From: Candidatus Methanomethylophilaceae archaeon
GTDB taxonomy: Archaea; Thermoplasmatota; Thermoplasmata; Methanomassiliicoccales; Methanomethylophilaceae
Length of the DNA: 64,000 nt
Assembly: GCA_944320495.1 (NCBI GenBank)
Contig: CALUHR010000002.1
Span: forward strand, 1 to 64,000
Direction: 5' to 3'
Part shown: piece after piece, positions 27,780 through 37,484 of the stretch
Numbering within the stretch: the first letter of the stretch is position 1
How the letters are laid out: each line of letters opens with the position of its first letter
Made by a program: the position numbers and the translations under genes
The notes under the pieces: generated by a model
The model's database searches: none
Told to the model about the DNA's origin: nothing
Seen by the model: only the letters and a program-made list of their open reading frames with translations

Positions 27780-28412
27780 TCGGACACCGGTCCTGTTGCC
27801 CCAGATGATCTTGTGGAGCTGGGGCAGCACCCTGACGTCGAGATGCTCCTCGAGTACCCTGTAGACCAACCTCTCGAGGTTCACGGTCCCCCCTACGGGG
27901 CCGAATATGACGTTGGTCCTGGAATCGAGACCGCGACTCCTCACGAATCCCACGGCATAGTCCAGGTCCCCCTCGTCCCCGATGACGAACTTGAGCTGGT
28001 CCTTCCTACCGAGTAGGTCCAGGTTGGACTCCAGCATGCTGCCGGTGGAACCTGACAGGGGGCACTTCCAGTCCATGCTTATGAGGACCGCATCGTCCCT
28101 CGGGACCCCGGACAGGTCCACGGAACCGTTGGTCTCCAGGTCGATGGACCTCCCCATGGACAGGAGCCTGTCCATCAGCTCTACGGCGTCGGGCTGGAGC
28201 AGGGGCTCCCCTCCGGTGAGACAGACGCGGGGGCAGTCCCCCACCTCTTCCAGGATGTCGTCGACGGACATGTCGCGCCCGCCCTCGAAGGAGTAGCCGG
28301 TGTCGCACCAGCTGCAGCGGAGGTTGCACCCGACGGCGCGGACGAACACGGTGGGGAGCCCCATCTGGAGCCCCTCGCCCTGTATCGAACGGAAAATCTC
28401 ACAGATCCTCAT
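27780..28412 (-). CDS. queE: 7-carboxy-7-deazaguanine synthase (radical SAM) (ends at CGA 27782-27780; standard-code end 27768)
   Basis: EIFRSIQGEG, GCNLRCSWCDT, LTGGEPLLQ, ETNGS, PQLHKIIWGNRTGV. Confidence 0.95.
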
Positions 28413-29095
28413 TGCAGGTTCTCGCCGTGCTCGTACTCGATCTCGTCCACGTAGCCGGCCTCCTTGAAGCCCTGGAGCCTCAGGCGGCAGGAGTCGCAGT
28501 GGCCGCAGGCCTTCTCCCCGCCGTTGTAGCATGACCATGTGAGGTGCAGCGGGGCGCCCAGCCTCTTGCCCCTGCGGACGATGTCCGCCTTGGAATCGTG
28601 CAGGATGGGCGTGACGATCCTGATGGGATTGCCCTCGACGCCCGCCTTGGTACCCACGGCGAGCATCGCCTGGAAGGCCTCGTAGAACGCGGGGGTGCAG
28701 TCTGGATATCCGGAGAAGTCGACGGAGTTCGCGCCGATGTATATCCTGTCGGCGTCCACCGACTCGCACAGCCCGGCTGCGATGCTCAGGAACACGATGT
28801 TCCTGGCGGGGACGTACGTGACCGGGATCTTGGAGCTGAGCTCCCCTTCGCGGTCCATCGGGACGTCGATGTCCTTCCTGGTGAGCGCCGAGCGGAACGA
28901 GCTCAGGTCGAGGTCGATGACCACGTGGTCCACGTCGTAGAAGTCGCACACGGCCTGCGCGGACTCCAGCTCCCTGGTGTGCCTCTGGCCGTACCTGAAG
29001 CTGATGGCGGTGACCTCGCAGCCGTCCTCCAGGGCCTGTGCCAGGCACGTCGTGGAATCCAGCCCTCCCGAGAGCAGGACGACGGCCTTCGGCAT
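28409..29095 (-). CDS. queC: 7-cyano-7-deazaguanine synthase
   Basis: LLSGGLDSTT, YGQRH, TYVPARN, SGYPDC, TWSCY..GEKACGHCDSC. Confidence 0.97.
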   Translation of the reverse strand: MPKAVVLLSGGLDSTTCLAQALEDGCEVTAISFRYGQRHTRELESAQAVCDFYDVDHVVIDLDLSSFRSALTRKDIDVPMDREGELSSKIPVTYVPARNIVFLSIAAGLCESVDADRIYIGANSVDFSGYPDCTPAFYEAFQAMLAVGTKAGVEGNPIRIVTPILHDSKADIVRRGKRLGAPLHLTWSCYNGGEKACGHCDSCRLRLQGFKEAGYVDEIEYEHGENLQ

Positions 29096-29568
29096 CGGAG
29101 CACCTCGGTGTACCAGGCGGTCTGGCCGCGCTCCTCGTCGAGTCCGACGGAGACGGTCCTCACGTTGGGCGGGAACTCCACATCGGCGACGAGCCTGAGC
29201 GTCATCATCTTGGCCATCTCCTCGGCGGTGGTGTTGGGGACGTCGAGCAGCGTGACGTCCATCCTCGGGAACACGTAGCGCTTCCCGCAGGACACGGCCT
29301 CCACGGACTCCTCGTCGTATGTCACCTTCACGTCCTGTGACGCCGTGGGGACCAGGGTCTTGTGGTCGAGCTCCTCGATCATCGCCTTCAGGGCCTTCTT
29401 CAGGACCACGAAGTCCATGATCATGCCCTCCTCTCCTATGTCCCCCTCCAGCCTGAGCCTCACGATGTACGAATGCCCGTGGAGCCTGGAGCACTTCTCA
29501 TGCCTGGGTATGAAATGGCACGCGGAGAACCTAATCCCCGAGTAGCCTCCGTCGATCTCAAGTATCAT
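29095..29568 (-). CDS. queD: 6-carboxytetrahydropterin synthase (ends at CGA 29097-29095; standard-code end 28903)
   Basis: FSACHF, CSRLHGHSY, MDFVVLK, LDHK, TTAEEMA. Confidence 0.95.
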
Positions 29569-29570
29569 CC

Positions 29571-30311
29571 TTATGCCTCCGTCAGCCTCTTAGCCAGGGC
29601 TATGGAATCCCTGTAATCCGTTTTCGCCCTCGATGTGTCCACGAACACCCTCGGGGCGTTCAGCACGGGCGCTCCCAGCGCCTGCGCCCCTCCCAGGAAA
29701 TGGAGGGTCCTGAACATGATGTTTCCCGTCATGCCGTCCGTGGCCATGACCACGCCGGCGTTCCTGACCGCGTCCTCTATCAGTATCTGGCACCCGTATG
29801 CGTCGTATCCGTCGCGGACCAGCGCGTCTACCACGTTCGCAGACGAGTCTATGGTGCGGTCCACCTCCGGGCACCTCCCGCGGTCGTCGTCGCGCCCGCC
29901 GGACATGACCGCGATCCTCGGATCCATGCCGATCCTGCGGGCGAGGTCCGACGCCCTCTCGGCAATGTCCACCTTCTGGGCGTCGTCCCAGCCTTCGTCT
30001 ATCCCGACCGGCGCGAGCATGAACATCCTGCCGTCGACGGGCTGGAGCAGCACCGCCCTCTCCAGACGGTCCATGCCCATGCCGGCCCTGACCGCCGGGA
30101 TCATGGATTCGGACGTCAGGTCCCCGCGGACGGCGACGTCTATCTCCCCGGACATCAGGTCGGATACGAGGGACTCGGCGTCGTCGTATATCCGCACGCC
30201 GTCGAACGCCCCGGCGGACCTCTCCACGCAGCCGCGGGAGGAACCGCGACCGATGCCTACCCTCACGTCCGGGAGCGGCCCCGCCAGGAGCTCCTCCACG
30301 TTCGCTATCAT
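29571..30311 (-). CDS. mtxX: Methanogenesis marker protein Mmp4/MtxX (phosphate acyltransferase-like fold)
   Basis: AVRGDL, LAPVGIDEG, AVMSGGR, ILIEDAV, DGMTGNIMFRTL, FVDTSRA. Confidence 0.9.
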   Translation of the reverse strand: MIANVEELLAGPLPDVRVGIGRGSSRGCVERSAGAFDGVRIYDDAESLVSDLMSGEIDVAVRGDLTSESMIPAVRAGMGMDRLERAVLLQPVDGRMFMLAPVGIDEGWDDAQKVDIAERASDLARRIGMDPRIAVMSGGRDDDRGRCPEVDRTIDSSANVVDALVRDGYDAYGCQILIEDAVRNAGVVMATDGMTGNIMFRTLHFLGGAQALGAPVLNAPRVFVDTSRAKTDYRDSIALAKRLTEA

Positions 30312-30928
30312 TCGGAACCCTCCGTCGCATGCCCCACGAGGACGGCCTCGTCCCCCGGGGTCCTCTCCTTCGGACCCGGCCCGTCGACGATGCGTCCGAA
30401 GACCATCTGGGACACGAGCCTCCATCCGTCAGGGATTTCGAACGTCCTGGCAACCATGCCGTCTATGAGCGGGTTGTAGTGCTGCAGGTTGACCCCCAGG
30501 CCCATGTCGCACAGGGCGACCCATGCCGCGTACTGGGCCATGGCGATTCCCTGCTCGGACCATACCGGGAAGTTCCCCGCGTACCTCGGGTTGTCTGCTG
30601 CGATTCCCGCGACCGATGCCGTGTCCTCGTAGAACAGGATCGTGCCCGCGGCGGACGAGAAGGATTCCATCTTCGCCTCCGTGGCGGAGAAGTCCCTCCC
30701 CTCCATCCTCGCGCGCAAGATCCCCTCGACCCCTCTCCAGAGCCTCCTGTGGTCGTCCCCGAACAGGACCACCGTCCTGACGGAACGCATGTTGAAGGCG
30801 GAGGGCACCAGGGGGATCACTTCCCTCAGGGTCTCGATGACCGAGCCCTCGGACACGCCCACCGCGCCGATTTCATCGTCGAGAGAATATGCGGAGCGCC
30901 TGGCGGCGACAGCATCGCGGAACTCCAT
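30308..30928 (-). CDS. Nitroreductase-family protein
   Basis: RRSAYSL, PSAFNMRS, GTILFYED, NLQHYNPLID, WRLVSQMVFG. An in-frame CGA lies upstream of ATG 30928, which supports this start. Confidence 0.92.
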   Translation of the reverse strand: MEFRDAVAARRSAYSLDDEIGAVGVSEGSVIETLREVIPLVPSAFNMRSVRTVVLFGDDHRRLWRGVEGILRARMEGRDFSATEAKMESFSSAAGTILFYEDTASVAGIAADNPRYAGNFPVWSEQGIAMAQYAAWVALCDMGLGVNLQHYNPLIDGMVARTFEIPDGWRLVSQMVFGRIVDGPGPKERTPGDEAVLVGHATEGSE

Positions 30929-31012
30929 GCCCGCTGATAATCGCCTACCTATAAACCCGTTGTTCGGGACGGACGGACTTCCCTTATCTATTATCATGCA
31001 TTGACGAGGGAC

Positions 31013-31300
31013 ATGGACAGGTCGCCCCTGATGCTGATAGCCGCGGTGGTCGGATTCATCGCCATGGTCGCCGGATTCGCAGGATACGTCATCGACCCGA
31101 AGACGTCCTACGCGGCGGTCTTCGCCGCGGGGCTGATCCTGCTGATGGCCGCATATGTCCTCCTATCGATCGAGAACAGGAGGATCGACGCCGCGGCGCA
31201 GGCCATCGACGATCACGAGACGGCCGAGGGGTACGTCTACTACATGCACGGGACCCCCGAGGACAACCCCGCCACCATCGTCGACCTGAGGGAGAGGTGA
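31013..31300 (+). CDS. Small membrane protein (2 TM)
   Basis: Two hydrophobic segments and an acidic tail; directly upstream of the HD gene. Confidence 0.75.
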   Translation: MDRSPLMLIAAVVGFIAMVAGFAGYVIDPKTSYAAVFAAGLILLMAAYVLLSIENRRIDAAAQAIDDHETAEGYVYYMHGTPEDNPATIVDLRER

Positions 31301-31301
31301 C

Positions 31302-32444
31302 ATGCCGGCCCTGAACGCGGACATCCTGTACCTGCTGTTCAACTCGGCGAACATGCACAGGTGGAACGACCACATGCGCCCCGTCGACCTGACGGAGCTG
31401 GACAAGCAGGCCCACAAGGCGGCCATAGCATGGGTCCTGGGCAGGTTCGAGGAGTCCGCCGGGAACGCCGTGGACTGGCGCACCGTCATCGAGCACACCC
31501 TGTTCTCGTTCATCCAGAGATCCGTCCTCACCGACCTCAAACCTCAGGTCTTCCACCGCATCGCCTCGGAGCGCAAGGGACCCGTCAACGAGTTCGTCAT
31601 GTCGGAGTTCGACAGGCTCGTCCCGGACTCCGATCCCGCGTTCAGGGAGAGGCTCGTGGAATACCTGGACTCCGACAGGGACTCCCTGGAGGACAGGGTC
31701 ATCCGCGCCGCCCACTACCTGGCCACCCGCTGGGAGTTCCGTCTCATCTACGACTCCAACCGCTCCCTCTACGGGATCGAGCAGACCCGCGAGGAGATTG
31801 ACGAGCAGATCGGCCAGCACACCGACCTCGTCGGAGTCAGGAGGATCATGGACCACGGCGACTCGTACCACTTCATCGACCTCATCGGGCAGCTCAGGTT
31901 CCAGCAGCGTTGGGCCCGCACCCCGCGCATACCGAAGACCACGGTGCTGGGGCACTCGCTGATGGTGGCCGACTCAATGTACCTCCACGACCTGGACGTT
32001 GGCGCTTCCGACACGAGGGTCTACAACGACTTCTACACCGGGCTCTTCCACGACCTGCCGGAGGTCCTGACCAAGGATGTGATCACCCCCATCAAGACCA
32101 ACGTGTCCGGGCTCGCCGCGATACTCGAGGAGTACGAGCACGACATGATGGAGTCCACGATCATCCCCCTGATGGACGAGGACTGGCAGGACGGGTTCCG
32201 CATGATGGTCTACGACCCGTTCACCGACATCGACGACCCCGTGTTCGGGGAGAGGGACGGGACCGACCTGAAGGCCTGCGACCTGCTGGCCGCGTACATG
32301 GAGGCGTTCATATCCAGGCGCTACGGGATAACGTCCAACACCCTGCTTGAGGGCGAGAGGAGCATACGCGACAGGCTCGTGGAGAAGGGCTCCGGGATCG
32401 GCGCCAGGATGCTGATCGAGGGCCTGGACCGGATGAGGATCTGA
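31302..32444 (+). CDS. Tandem HD-domain (YfbR/5'-nucleotidase-like) protein
   Basis: MHRWNDH...ELDKQAHK; second domain RFQQRW...VLGHSL...LFHDLPEVLTKDVITPIK...DLLAA. Confidence 0.85.
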   Translation: MPALNADILYLLFNSANMHRWNDHMRPVDLTELDKQAHKAAIAWVLGRFEESAGNAVDWRTVIEHTLFSFIQRSVLTDLKPQVFHRIASERKGPVNEFVMSEFDRLVPDSDPAFRERLVEYLDSDRDSLEDRVIRAAHYLATRWEFRLIYDSNRSLYGIEQTREEIDEQIGQHTDLVGVRRIMDHGDSYHFIDLIGQLRFQQRWARTPRIPKTTVLGHSLMVADSMYLHDLDVGASDTRVYNDFYTGLFHDLPEVLTKDVITPIKTNVSGLAAILEEYEHDMMESTIIPLMDEDWQDGFRMMVYDPFTDIDDPVFGERDGTDLKACDLLAAYMEAFISRRYGITSNTLLEGERSIRDRLVEKGSGIGARMLIEGLDRMRI

Positions 32445-32456
32445 GAATCTTGGTAA

Positions 32457-32474
32457 AAGGGCCCGAAGGCCCTT
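32457..32474 (-). terminator. AAGGGCC-UUCG-GGCCCUU hairpin plus U-tract after serS
   Basis: 7-bp stem, cUUCGg loop, followed by UUUUACC in serS sense; sits between convergent genes. Confidence 0.8.
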
Positions 32475-32490
32475 GGGTGTTTGGCGACCG

Positions 32491-33765
32491 TCAGTTGTGA
32501 CGGTCGATGACCTCCTGCCCGCGCATGTAGGGGCGGAGGACCTCGGGGATCGTGACGGTGCCGTCCTTGTTCTGGTAGTTCTCCAGGATGGCGACCATGG
32601 TCCTCGGGAGCGCGAGACCGGACCCGTTGAGGGTGTGGACGAACTCGCTCTTGAGGTGGGGCTCGCGCCTGAACTTGATGCGGGCCCTGCGGGCCTGGAA
32701 ATCACCGAAGTTGGAGCACGAGGAGGCCTCGAGCCAGGCGTCCTTGCCGGGGGCGTAGAGCTCCAGGTCGTAGCACTTGTTGCAGGAGAAGCTCATGTCC
32801 CCGGTGCACAGCAGGAGCACCCTGTACGGGAGATCCAGGGCGTTGATGATGTCCTCTGCGTTCTTCCTGAGCTCCTCGAGCCTGGCGGCGGAGTCCTCGG
32901 GCTTCACGAAGTTGACCATCTCGACCTTGTTGAACTCGTGGACCCTGATGATACCGCGGGTGTCGGCGTGCTTGCCGACCTCCCTCCTGAACGAGGGGAG
33001 GTACGCGGTGTAGTAGATCGGCAGGTCGTTGATGTCCAGAATCTCGTCCTGCAGGAGGTTCGTGATGGGGACCTCCGCGGTGGGGTTGAGGAACATGTCG
33101 TCCCTCTCGAGGTAGTACATGTCGTCCTTCAGGTTCGGGTACTGGCCAGTCCCGATGACCGCGGCCTTGTTGACGACCACGGGCGGGAACAGCTCGGTGT
33201 ACCCCTGGTCCTGGTGCGTGTCCAGGAAGAAGTTGATGAGTGCCCTCTCGAGCCTCGCACCGTCTCCCTTGAGGCAGTAGAACCCGCTTCCGGCGACCTT
33301 GACGGCTCTGTCGAAGTCGATGATGCCGAGGTCCTCGGCGATCTCGAAATGCTGCTTGGGGGTGAAGTCGAACTCCCTCCTCCTGCCGGCCTCGTACACG
33401 ACGACGTTGTCGTGCTCGTCCTTGCCGAGAGGCACATCGGCAGCGGGTATGTTCGGGATGTTGAGGACGCAGTCGGTCCTGATCTCCTCGAGCTGTGCCA
33501 TGCGGTCGTCGTTGGCCTTGATCTTGTCGGAGACCTCCCTCATCTCCGCGATCTTGGCGTCCTTCTCGGAACCCTTGGGCATCTTGGAGATCTGGAGGGA
33601 GACCTCGTTGCGGGTCTGCCTCAGACGGTTGTTCTCGTCGGTGAGGGACCTCCACTCGCCGTCCGCCTCGAGGAATCTGTCGAGGATGGCCTCGTCCTTG
33701 TTCCTGTTCCTGAGCATCTCCCTGATCTTGTCGGGATCGGCCCTTATGACGTTTACATCAAGCAT
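32491..33765 (-). CDS. serS: Seryl-tRNA synthetase, bacterial type
   Basis: LNIPNIP, PTAEVP, FRREVG..TRGIIRVHEFNKVE, EASSCSNFGDFQARR, HTLNGSGLA. Confidence 0.98.
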   Translation of the reverse strand: MLDVNVIRADPDKIREMLRNRNKDEAILDRFLEADGEWRSLTDENNRLRQTRNEVSLQISKMPKGSEKDAKIAEMREVSDKIKANDDRMAQLEEIRTDCVLNIPNIPAADVPLGKDEHDNVVVYEAGRRREFDFTPKQHFEIAEDLGIIDFDRAVKVAGSGFYCLKGDGARLERALINFFLDTHQDQGYTELFPPVVVNKAAVIGTGQYPNLKDDMYYLERDDMFLNPTAEVPITNLLQDEILDINDLPIYYTAYLPSFRREVGKHADTRGIIRVHEFNKVEMVNFVKPEDSAARLEELRKNAEDIINALDLPYRVLLLCTGDMSFSCNKCYDLELYAPGKDAWLEASSCSNFGDFQARRARIKFRREPHLKSEFVHTLNGSGLALPRTMVAILENYQNKDGTVTIPEVLRPYMRGQEVIDRHN

Positions 33766-33775
33766 CGGAATAACC

Positions 33776-34069
33776 TCGGAACTTCTTCTGGCAGAGGGAC
33801 GTCCACGTCCTCTTGTCGGTGAGGACCATCACCCCTCCGCGGATGTCTACCACGATGCATCCCGTGGCCTCCGCGATGGCCTCTGCGGCGGTCCTCACGT
33901 CGTCGTCGGAGTTCGAGAGAACCTTCGCCTTGATCAGGCGGTTCTTCTTCAGCTGCGCCGTGACCTCGTCGAAAACCCCCTGATCGAGGCCGTCCTTGCC
34001 GACCCTGACGGTCGGGCTGATATCGTTGGCGCGCCTCATCAGCTCCTTCTTGGCGTCCTTCTCGCTCAT
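33776..34069 (-). CDS. yhbY: YhbY/CRM-domain RNA-binding protein (ends at CGA 33778-33776; standard-code end 33758)
   Basis: PTVRVGKDGL...QLKKNRLIKAKVL; 97 aa to CGA. The CGA overlaps the GAGGT RBS of serS. Confidence 0.9.
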
Positions 34070-34385
34070 GTGATTGCTCCCTGATGTAGGGCATGCGGCG
34101 GACTGCGCCGCACAACCCGCATGTGGTCCGCACCATGTGGCCGCCCACCCTGACCGTGCAGGTGACCCCCGGCATCAGAGGTGCCAGGCATCCGTCGCAG
34201 TACGGACGGGCCTTGGGCATGGGGACGCGCGTCTTGGCGCTGATCCTCCTCGCAAGGTCCACGTAGTGGCAGGCGCGATCCATCCTCCCGGCGCGAACCG
34301 CTTCCTCGGCCAGGTCCAGGAGCGTCGATATGCGCTCGCGGCCTATGTCCGCGACGGCGTTCTGAGAGATGCGCCTCTTGCCCAT
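34062..34385 (-). CDS. rnp4: Ribonuclease P protein component 4 (Rpp21) (ends at CGA 34064-34062; standard-code end 33753)
   Basis: IGRERISTL, YVDLARRI, CDGC and CGLC zinc motifs, RRMPY; 107 aa. Confidence 0.92.
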
Positions 34386-34436
34386 GGTGCTCTGGGCGCA
34401 CGATATGTCCCGTGTTCTTATAGGTGTCGCGCGCGC

Positions 34437-35429
34437 TCAAGGGAAGGCCATCGACCTGAGGAGGTCGCTGACGTCCTTCTCCTCACCCTCGAACTCGTCG
34501 TTGGACTCGGCGTAGGTCTCCCAGAGGAACATGAAGTACTCGTGAAATGCCCAGACCGCCTCGTCCCAGGACGGCTTCGAGACGTCGATACCCAGATCCT
34601 CGTTGACTAAGGTCCACATGCCCTTGGTTGCGTTGTACCCTGGGCACGCCAGGACGGGGTTCAGGAGGAGCACGTCCCGGTCCTCGGTGAGGATCCTGTG
34701 GAACTTCACGACCGGGAAGACATAGCATGCCGAGACGTCCCTGAGGCCGGTCATCCTACCGTCCTCCAGCACGACGCACCCCGTGGCTATGAGCGGCCCG
34801 GCGCCGACGAATGACTCTCTGTCCTGCTGGGGGACGGAGTCGGAGAACTGCAGCGGGACCGGAGCCTGTGAGTTGGATATGAGCCAGCGCCCCCTCCTCT
34901 CGGGATCGTGGGACACCACGCCGATTATCGCCCCGGACATGCCGGACGGGTCCTTGGAGGCCTCCGTCTCCAGCGACTTGCGGGCGTTCATCCTGAACCT
35001 GCGCATGTCCCCCTCGACCCCGTACGTGAGCGTGTACCCGTCGAGGTGGTCCCAGAGTGCCAGCACGTCGGCGGCAATCTCCCTGCGGCACATGGCCTCG
35101 ATGTGGTTGCTGACCTCCTCTGGCACTGTTGTGCTGAGATTCGCCCTGTCTAGCTCCGCGCAGACCTTGGTGAGGGCGTCCTCGAGGAGCGCCCCGTCCC
35201 TCCTGGATCCAGCACCTTGGCCCTGCATCCTGAGGGTGAAGCGGTCCTTTATCCAGTCTGGCAGCATGTCCTGGGTCCTCAGCTCCTGGCGGACCATTAG
35301 CTCACCGATGTGGGAGATGAGATTCTGGACGTCGACCATTATCTGGCCGGCGACCGCCACCGGGACCTCCGCATCCTCGTCCTCGGCGCTGACGACCTTG
35401 AAGTTGAACTGCTGCATCTGGGGGGCCAT
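34437..35429 (-). CDS. Hypothetical protein (about 330 aa)
   Basis: Long ORF with native codon usage; no family recognised. Confidence 0.8.
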   Translation of the reverse strand: MAPQMQQFNFKVVSAEDEDAEVPVAVAGQIMVDVQNLISHIGELMVRQELRTQDMLPDWIKDRFTLRMQGQGAGSRRDGALLEDALTKVCAELDRANLSTTVPEEVSNHIEAMCRREIAADVLALWDHLDGYTLTYGVEGDMRRFRMNARKSLETEASKDPSGMSGAIIGVVSHDPERRGRWLISNSQAPVPLQFSDSVPQQDRESFVGAGPLIATGCVVLEDGRMTGLRDVSACYVFPVVKFHRILTEDRDVLLLNPVLACPGYNATKGMWTLVNEDLGIDVSKPSWDEAVWAFHEYFMFLWETYAESNDEFEGEEKDVSDLLRSMAFP

Positions 35430-35576
35430 CACGTCCACCCTCTTTAATAATTAGTGCGCGCATACGCGAACCCTAACGCGCGTGCTATTTCTCGACGAAA
35501 TGCTTATAAGAGGGTCCTGTATCGGCTCGTTCATTCACGGAGACATGATGCTCCGTTCACAATCAAGGTGATTTAA

Positions 35577-36095
35577 ATGGTAAGAAAGCCAGCATCAATG
35601 TACAGGCAGATCAAAGGCCAGGCCTACACCCGCCGCGAGTACATGGGTGGAGTCCCCAACAGCAGGGTCAGCCAGTACGTCATGGGAAACGCCAAGGCCG
35701 AGTTCCCCGTCACCCTCACCCTGAAGGTTAAGAACAGGGTCCAGATCAGGCACACCTCCATCGAGGCGGGACGTATCGCCGCCAACAAGGTGCTGACCTC
35801 CCAGTGCGGAGCCCCCAACTACCAGATGGTCGTCAGGGCCTTCCCCCACGTCGTCCTCAGGGAGAACAAGCTCGCTACCGGCGCAGGAGCGGACCGTGTG
35901 TCCAGCGGAATGCGCCAGGGATTCGGAAAGACCGTCGGAACCGCTGCCAGGCTCGAGCGCAACCAGGCTCTCCTGACCGTCAGCGTCCCCGCCGACAAGG
36001 TCGCCGTCGCCAAGGATGCCCTCTGGAGGGCCTCCATGAAGTTCCCCTCCCCGTGCTACATCGACGTGGACAAGGGACACGAGTACGTCAAGTGA
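35577..36095 (+). CDS. rpl10e: 50S ribosomal protein uL16 (L10e)
   Basis: RKPASMYR, YTRREYMGGVP, EAGRIAAN, ATGAGADRVSSGMRQGFGK. Confidence 0.97.
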   Translation: MVRKPASMYRQIKGQAYTRREYMGGVPNSRVSQYVMGNAKAEFPVTLTLKVKNRVQIRHTSIEAGRIAANKVLTSQCGAPNYQMVVRAFPHVVLRENKLATGAGADRVSSGMRQGFGKTVGTAARLERNQALLTVSVPADKVAVAKDALWRASMKFPSPCYIDVDKGHEYVK

Positions 36096-36102
36096 AGACC
36101 CG

Positions 36103-37086
36103 ATGTTCGATCTCGAACTCGAAAGGGTCGCCAAATGGGTCGGCGACGGGGGATACTCCTCCGTCGCCATCCAACTTCCCGAGGGCCTGAAGATCCGGGC
36201 CCCGGAGATTTCTGAATACATTACAAAGAATACAGGTGCATCAGTCCTGATCATCGGACGCCCGTGCTACGGCGCCTGCGACCTGTTCGACCACCGCGAA
36301 TGGGCCGACGCCCTCGTCCACTACGGACACTCCAGGATACCTTCCATGGGCGACGACCCGGACGTCCTCTACGTGGAGGCGCGCTCGGATGCGGGACTTG
36401 ACGGCCTCACTGAAGAGGTAGTGTCCTCGCTCCCCGACAGGATCGGACTCCTCGCGACGATACAGTACATCGACCTCATCCCGAAGGCGAAGGAGATCCT
36501 GGAATCCCGCGGGAAGACCGTGCTCGTGGGGGAGGGCGACGGCCGTCTGGCCTACCCCGGCCAGGTCCTCGGCTGCAACTGTACCGCGGCGGAATCCGTG
36601 TCCGGGGAAGTGGACTGCTTCCTGTACCTCGGAGAGGGGGACTTCCATCCCCTTGCGGCCGCCCTCGGAGCGGGCAGGACCGTCATGGTCCTCAACCCCG
36701 TGACCGGGGAGATCAGGGACATGTCGGAGTCCAGGGACCGCCTGATAAGGCGCAGATTCGCGGCGATACAGTCCGCCAGGGAGGCGCAGAGGTTCGTCAT
36801 CATCGTCTGCAGCAAGATAGGCCAATGCCGCAGGGAGCTCGCCGCGGAGGCGGAGCGCATGATATCCGAGACGGGACGCTCCGGCGTGACGGTGGTCCTT
36901 GAGGAGCTGACGCCAGACTCCCTCGCCTCGTACAACGCGGATGCGTTCGTGTGCACCGCATGCCCGAGGGTCGCAATGGACGAATCCGCCCGCTACGGCC
37001 GTCCGATGCTGACGGTCCCGGAGCTCGAGATCGCCCTCGGACTCAGGGAGTGGACCGGATACCCGTTCGATCAGATCAGGGGATGA
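36103..37086 (+). CDS. dph2: Diphthamide biosynthesis radical SAM enzyme Dph2
   Basis: IQLPEGLK, CYGACD, GQVLGCN, GDFHP, CTACPR. Confidence 0.95.
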   Translation: MFDLELERVAKWVGDGGYSSVAIQLPEGLKIRAPEISEYITKNTGASVLIIGRPCYGACDLFDHREWADALVHYGHSRIPSMGDDPDVLYVEARSDAGLDGLTEEVVSSLPDRIGLLATIQYIDLIPKAKEILESRGKTVLVGEGDGRLAYPGQVLGCNCTAAESVSGEVDCFLYLGEGDFHPLAAALGAGRTVMVLNPVTGEIRDMSESRDRLIRRRFAAIQSAREAQRFVIIVCSKIGQCRRELAAEAERMISETGRSGVTVVLEELTPDSLASYNADAFVCTACPRVAMDESARYGRPMLTVPELEIALGLREWTGYPFDQIRG

Positions 37087-37171
37087 GCCTGGCACATCCT
37101 GTCCGAACCCTTTCCGACGCACGTTCCTCCAGCCTCTAAGTATTTATAGGGACCCCATTTAACGGTGGTCC

Positions 37172-37336
37172 ATGGCAAAGAAGAACGACACGGGATTCCA
37201 GTCCTCTGCCGGTCTGATGAGGTACTTCGACACCGAGAACCAGAAGGGTATCAGGATCAGTCCCCGCACCGTCATCGGACTCGCGATCGGCCTGATCGTC
37301 GTGGTCATGCTTCTCGGCGTCTTCGTCCCCCTCTGA
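37172..37336 (+). CDS. secG: Preprotein translocase subunit Sec61beta/SecG (54 aa)
   Basis: Not in ORF track. Manual translation: MAKKNDTGFQSSAGLMRYFDTENQKGIRISPRTVIGLAIGLIVVVMLLGVFVPL. Confidence 0.92.
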   Translation: MAKKNDTGFQSSAGLMRYFDTENQKGIRISPRTVIGLAIGLIVVVMLLGVFVPL

Positions 37337-37484
37337 GACGAGACCTAAAAACTGCGGACGGTCGTCCGCGATTTACATTTCTATCTTTCAGCTGTTGCTA
37401 TGTGCGTTGCCCTGTCCGGCAAACGTTATCCGATTGGAACGATGAAGAAGGGCCGCCCGGCGATGCCGGGCATTGTTTGTTTGA

